Source: Eledone cirrhosa
Taxonomy: Eukaryota
Length of the DNA stretch: 64,000 nucleotides
Assembly (NCBI GenBank): GCA_964016885.1
Contig: OZ024743.1
Span: forward strand, 96,906,001-96,970,000
Direction of reading: 5' to 3'
Shown: positions 57,830-64,000 of the stretch, piece after piece
How the letters are laid out: each line of letters opens with the position of its first letter
Numbering within the stretch: position 1 is the stretch's first letter
Made by a program: the position numbers and the translations under genes
The notes under the pieces: model-generated
What the model saw: the letters and a program-made list of their open reading frames with translations, nothing else
Told to the model about the DNA's origin: nothing
Database searches by the model: none

Positions 57830-58080
57830 ACTTTGAAATGTTTGAAATGTTTTGGCCAGTATTGGCCCAGGCCATGTCTAACTTAATAGCACCACCTGGC
57901 GAAGTCTTTCAATTCAGGATTTGGGCACCATGGCCCATTCGAGAAGAGAATTACTGTTTGCGGAGACATATCCGGGTGTGGGTGGTTTGTCCGGGATTAC
58001 TTGGAGGAATTTGTCCAACGACTTCTTGAATTTTGTGTGGTCAGTTTCTGTTTTGACGTGGCCTGGTGTGATGTTGAAGA
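57825..58080 (-). repeat. Inverted duplicate of the LINE 3' end (57483..57740)
   Basis: ~255-bp arms with a single mismatch seen, separated by a TA tract. Confidence 0.92.
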
Positions 58081-58388
58081 AGCAGCTCCCTAAACTTCTT
58101 CCAACCCATCCTTATTCTAGATACTATGGCCTCGGAACACCCTCCTCCCATGCTAATCTGATCTCCTAGGTACCGGAAGCTATCCACCACTTCTATAGCA
58201 CCCTCCTGCATCTGAAAAATGTGTCTATCAATGTGACTTCTACTGTCTAATTTCCCTGTACATCTACTGCATACATATTTCTCCCTACCTGTTAGTTTGC
58301 CTGCTATCCCGCTACATCTCTTGTGTACCCAGGATCTGCATTGTGTGCATTTTATAGAATTTATGCCAGTTCCTTTTCTGCATATCGA
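58081..58388 (-). mobile_element. RTE-A internal fragment containing the PHD region
   Basis: Minus: [26 protein letters not shown]...[21 protein letters not shown]. Confidence 0.85.
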
Positions 58389-58405
58389 ATATATATATAT
58401 ATATA

Positions 58406-58505
58406 TTTATTAAAATAACACCCTTAACGGGTACTTCTGAAGATCCCGTTAAGGGTGAAAGCAGCGATTCTTTGCTTAAACTTTAATCTGTTATTTTAAT
58501 AAATA
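58406..58505 (+). repeat. Short fold-back with candidate hammerhead core (58435..58479)
   Basis: CTGAAGA-tccc(gttaa)gggt-GAA-AGCA(..)TGCT-T; IRs cacccttaacggg/cccgttaagggtg and tattaaaataaca/tgttattttaata; stem I only 2 bp. Confidence 0.45.
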
Positions 58506-58600
58506 TTTGCTCTACAGTTCTTATACATTTGATATATATTTATCCTTATAGACCCCTCTTTGGATTTTAGTCTTCAAATTTATTATATATATATATATAC

Positions 58601-58694
<94 letters not shown>

Positions 58695-58738
58695 GGTAAA
58701 ATGAAGAATCAGTGATGCATCAGAACACAATATATTAA

Positions 58739-58811
58739 GTATTACAATTGTTTCTCCGGCGATCTGTTTGTGGATCGAACCTGACTCTGGATTCGTAAGT
58801 TCCTCAGATAC
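58739..58811 (-). ncRNA. Candidate hammerhead motif
   Basis: Minus: gtat-CTGAGGA-..46 nt..-GAAACAATTGT-A-atac; stem I gtat/atac, palindromic stem III; stem II closing pair not evident. Confidence 0.45.
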
Positions 58812-61800
58812 ATCTAGTGATTTCGAAGCAAATCCTCTTTCTCATATTATCATACTCTGCTCCGAAGGAGGATAGAATGCTCAACTGGCATAGCGGCTAT
58901 GGACGCATCCAAGCAACCTTACTACAAATATATATATATATAATCATGTCACAAATAAAATGAGAAATAAATCATAACATATCTTTTCGTTAAGCCTACA
59001 TAATTCCTTACATATATTTTAGAAACTACGGCTTTGTACTATTTGACTGTAATAAGTCAGTATGTTTAGCTCTTGTTAAATGTCCATAGTTTGCTCAGCA
59101 CTTGTCCTATTGCTGGCCCACAGTCATTTGAAGTATTCTATTAATTTGTAATTACACTTGAATCATCTAAAGTTTTATCAGTTCAACAAGTCATCTTAAT
59201 CATTATTCAATATACATTTTCAATATGCATATTGTTCGACATGTTGAACATGTTCAATATACTCATGTACTTAAAATTTCATAAAATATTTCATCATATT
59301 TTCTATGGATATATTTAATAAATAAATTCTTGTTGCTAAGCAATGACATTTTTTTTTGTATGTACAGTCATAATTAGTCAATTTAATTTGTGGATCTCAT
59401 TGATTTTGAAAATGTAATATTGCAAGTGGGTCAAATGCCTTATGATATTTAGTTAGCTTCGCCCTTCAAAAATATGTGTTTGTGTGTACATATACAGATG
59501 CAGATATTAACTTTGCAATCATATGCAGGGCACTTTGAGCAAGTGTGGTATTCTTTACATCTTCTGGGGCATAATCCTTCAGCTGTTGTTAGATTGCCTA
59601 CACAATCTTTTATCAACAATCCGTGAACTAGAATTTCCTAGCTCTCACCCAGCATCATACCCTCAAGTAACATGATAATTTATCTCTTCTCTTCAACATT
59701 AAATCAATCAGATCTGTTTCCGTTTTACTGTATAGAGAAATTACTTCAGGCTTCAGGAGAGCAGGCCGATTCTCTATGAACTTCCATCATCAATTTGCTT
59801 TTATATGGGGCTGATTTATTTTTCTGCCTCTCTTTCTTTTCTTGATGTTTTCCATCTTTACTTCAAACCTCATCCCTCTTCATCATCACAAGAAGGCTGG
59901 TGCTTCTAATTATAGTCTCTACCTGGTCTTGCATTGGAAAGCGAAACTCTTTGTTATCAGTCCCTATTGCTGGTGGTACTACATGTTTCCACTATGACCA
60001 TTCCTGGAACTATGATTGATGATACTTTTCAAATAGCAGCAGCAGTAGCTAAGTTCTCTGGAGCCTGCTGTTGTTGTCATTGTTACTAGTGCATCTGCTG
60101 CCGTCCCCCATACTCTCTTTTCTTGTGTTTCCTCTTTCTCCAAGTAGAAAGCACTTAAGTGGTTTCTATTATCACGTATAACAACTTGGTCTTCTTCCCT
60201 GCATCATCAATTTTCATTTATTTTCTCTCAGCTGGGTACAGATATGGAATGGCTTTGTGGTATTCAGAAGTCATTAAGGACTGTACTTTCGTACAGACTC
60301 CATTTAGGAATATTATGTTCCAGATCCCCCTGTGCTCCCAAGATGCCCCTAGTGTTGTCTAAAAGTGACAACAAACCAAGGATAAGTGTCTGTGCCACTA
60401 GTATTCATTGAGATTTTAATTTTCCTAAGTCTTATGTAGTTTGACACTAGCTAGTATTCAGGAACATGGTGCACCAACTCTACTTGTATCCTCACCTTGT
60501 CCTTGTTTTATAAAAAAACATTAGGCACTCACCTCTATATCTCCTGTCCCACTGAATGGAGCCCACATCCTATCATACATTGGTTAGGTCTTCCTCTAGC
60601 TCTTCATACATTAATCTCATTTGACTTTTAATCTTTTTTTTTTTAAGAAAGAGTGGTGCTTCACTTTTGTTCTTACCATTTCCTGGATATTATTGAGCAT
60701 GAAGGCACTGCTTTTGTGATGTATCTCAGCCATGTCCTCACCTTCTTCTTGAACTAGCTCAATCATTCATTTTATTTTTATGATATTAGCAAATGATGAT
60801 GGGATGTTGCTGTTATTGTTATTTTGTATATCATTAAATTATTTTTCCTCACAATATTGTACTTTTTGCCCTGTACAGTCTAACTTTTCTGTAAATTTGA
60901 CTAAAAGTTTGTTTATATTAATACTACCAGCCCTGTGACAAACACCACATCCTGCCACTTCTGAGGTAGCCATCTGGCAGTGTGTAATTTTTGCAAATGT
61001 CAAAAGTGTGTAATAGTTTTAAAATGTATGAAAACAGACTTTTCCTATACGCCAACTATTTCGGAAGTCTCTTGGTGATAAAAATCCCAGAAGATTAAAA
61101 AAAAAAAATGTAATCGTGTGATTCTGAAGAAAACTTTTTTCTATGTGGAACTTTGTGATAACAGCAAAGAACAATTACAATAACAATGATAATCTATGTT
61201 GTTTCAAAATGTTGGATGCTTTACTTTAATTGGCAAACTGTTATAACCATTTAGTATCAACTATAATGTGATATTTTATTGTGATGTTATGTATTGTTAC
61301 ATCAATAGGCTTAGGTAGGGAAAGCTTGCTATTGTATCATATTGTTTTCATGAAATATTTCATATTGACTCAGTGGTAGGACATTAAACAAAATTCATTT
61401 CAGTCTCAGATTTGGTTGCTTTGCTAATCTGAGTTCAATCCTTGCCAAAAGCCTATGAAACTAATTTTTCTCATACCTCTGCAATTAAAAATTACAAAAA
61501 AAAGTATATGAACTGTACAGTTGGGACAATAGTAAAATGTTCAAAAATTATATGCACTGTTACCTCAAGGTGAAGTCAACAAAGGTGAAATTATTTTAGC
61601 TATTACTGACAATTTTAAAATTGTCTTCTATTTTCAAAGTTTCATTATTGATTTTAGACAATATTTATAAAATTTTAGTTTTGCACCGGTACCACACTTG
61701 GGTATTAAAAACATTATTATTTTTTTGTCTCAAAAATATCATTTCATTAGCTTACTATAGTATATAACACAATTATATATTTGTAAGTTTGCAGATTTGT

Positions 61801-62092
61801 ATATATATATACAAGCATGCACGCGTGTGTAATCATAGTCATTTCTGAGGGTTTAATGAATATATTTATATATTAGAATATCTACATACATGTATAAACA
61901 TACACACATACATCATACATACATAGTTACATACATATATATACCATATATACTCATGTAAAATCGACACCTCCATTTTACATATTCCATTTACGATATA
62001 TTTTGAAATGTGGTTTTGTAGGTACTGTAAATAAGCCACATTCTGGTTTTTCATGTATTTTCTTGGAAAAACGTTTGACTTATAAATAAGCA

Positions 62093-62148
<56 letters not shown>

Positions 62149-62164
62149 TATATAGAGTATCCGA

Positions 62165-62475
62165 CCTCCCATGGGTACATGCTGAAGCATATAAACAATA
62201 TGCCCCCACACCCCCCACCGCAAGGTGGTCGTGGAGGTGCCACGGCAAAAAAGCACCCAGCCCACACTGTAAAGTGGACGTGTAGGCGTCACGAAAAAGC
62301 ACCCAGCACTCACTGTAAATGAGGTTGGTGTCAGGAAGGGCATCCAGCTGTAGAAATCAAGCCAGATCAGTTCCTGTATGAGCAAGGCATGGTCAGCCGA
62401 CCAGACACGGCCCACAACAGGACAACCCGTCTAACCCATGCTAGCGTGGAAGAACGGACGTGATGTGATGATGAT
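62165..62475 (+). mobile_element. RTE-tailed SINE-like element
   Basis: gaggttggtgtcaggaagggcatccagctgtagaaatcaagccaga...cccatgctagcgtggaagaacggacg + (GAT)n. Confidence 0.7.
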
Positions 62476-63857
<1,382 letters not shown>

Positions 63858-64000
63858 GTATTAAGGGTACTATTTATGGCTATGTATGCAATAAAACCTT
63901 TAATGGTAATATATTATATATACACAAACCCTAAATAGTGAAAGACAGTAATTCATTACTATCCTATTACCAGTAAGATAAATAGCTCAATGTAATAACA

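Overview
AT-rich, repeat-saturated metazoan DNA with no confidently identifiable host gene. The long (TA)n/(TACA)n tracts, (CAT)n-tailed RTE LINEs and tRNA-derived SINEs suggest a cephalopod/octopus-like genome (inference). The window holds truncated CR1-group LINEs (one with a 549-aa RT ORF), three RTE-clade LINE families, a 5'-truncated Penelope-like element (RT thumb + GIY-YIG), many SINEs, two copies of a TTAA-flanked MITE (one with an internal 60-bp x11 array) and an ~8.9-kb minisatellite containing a 2,200-bp higher-order duplication. The main hidden signal is a dispersed set of short fold-back elements, mostly abutting TA tracts, that carry type-I hammerhead ribozyme motifs. They are often back-to-back on both strands, and one family has a U3:A8 core variant that also appears, decayed, at the 3' end of the Penelope element. 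A PHD finger sits inside the RT of the RTE LINEs. All calls were read by eye and repeat boundaries are approximate.
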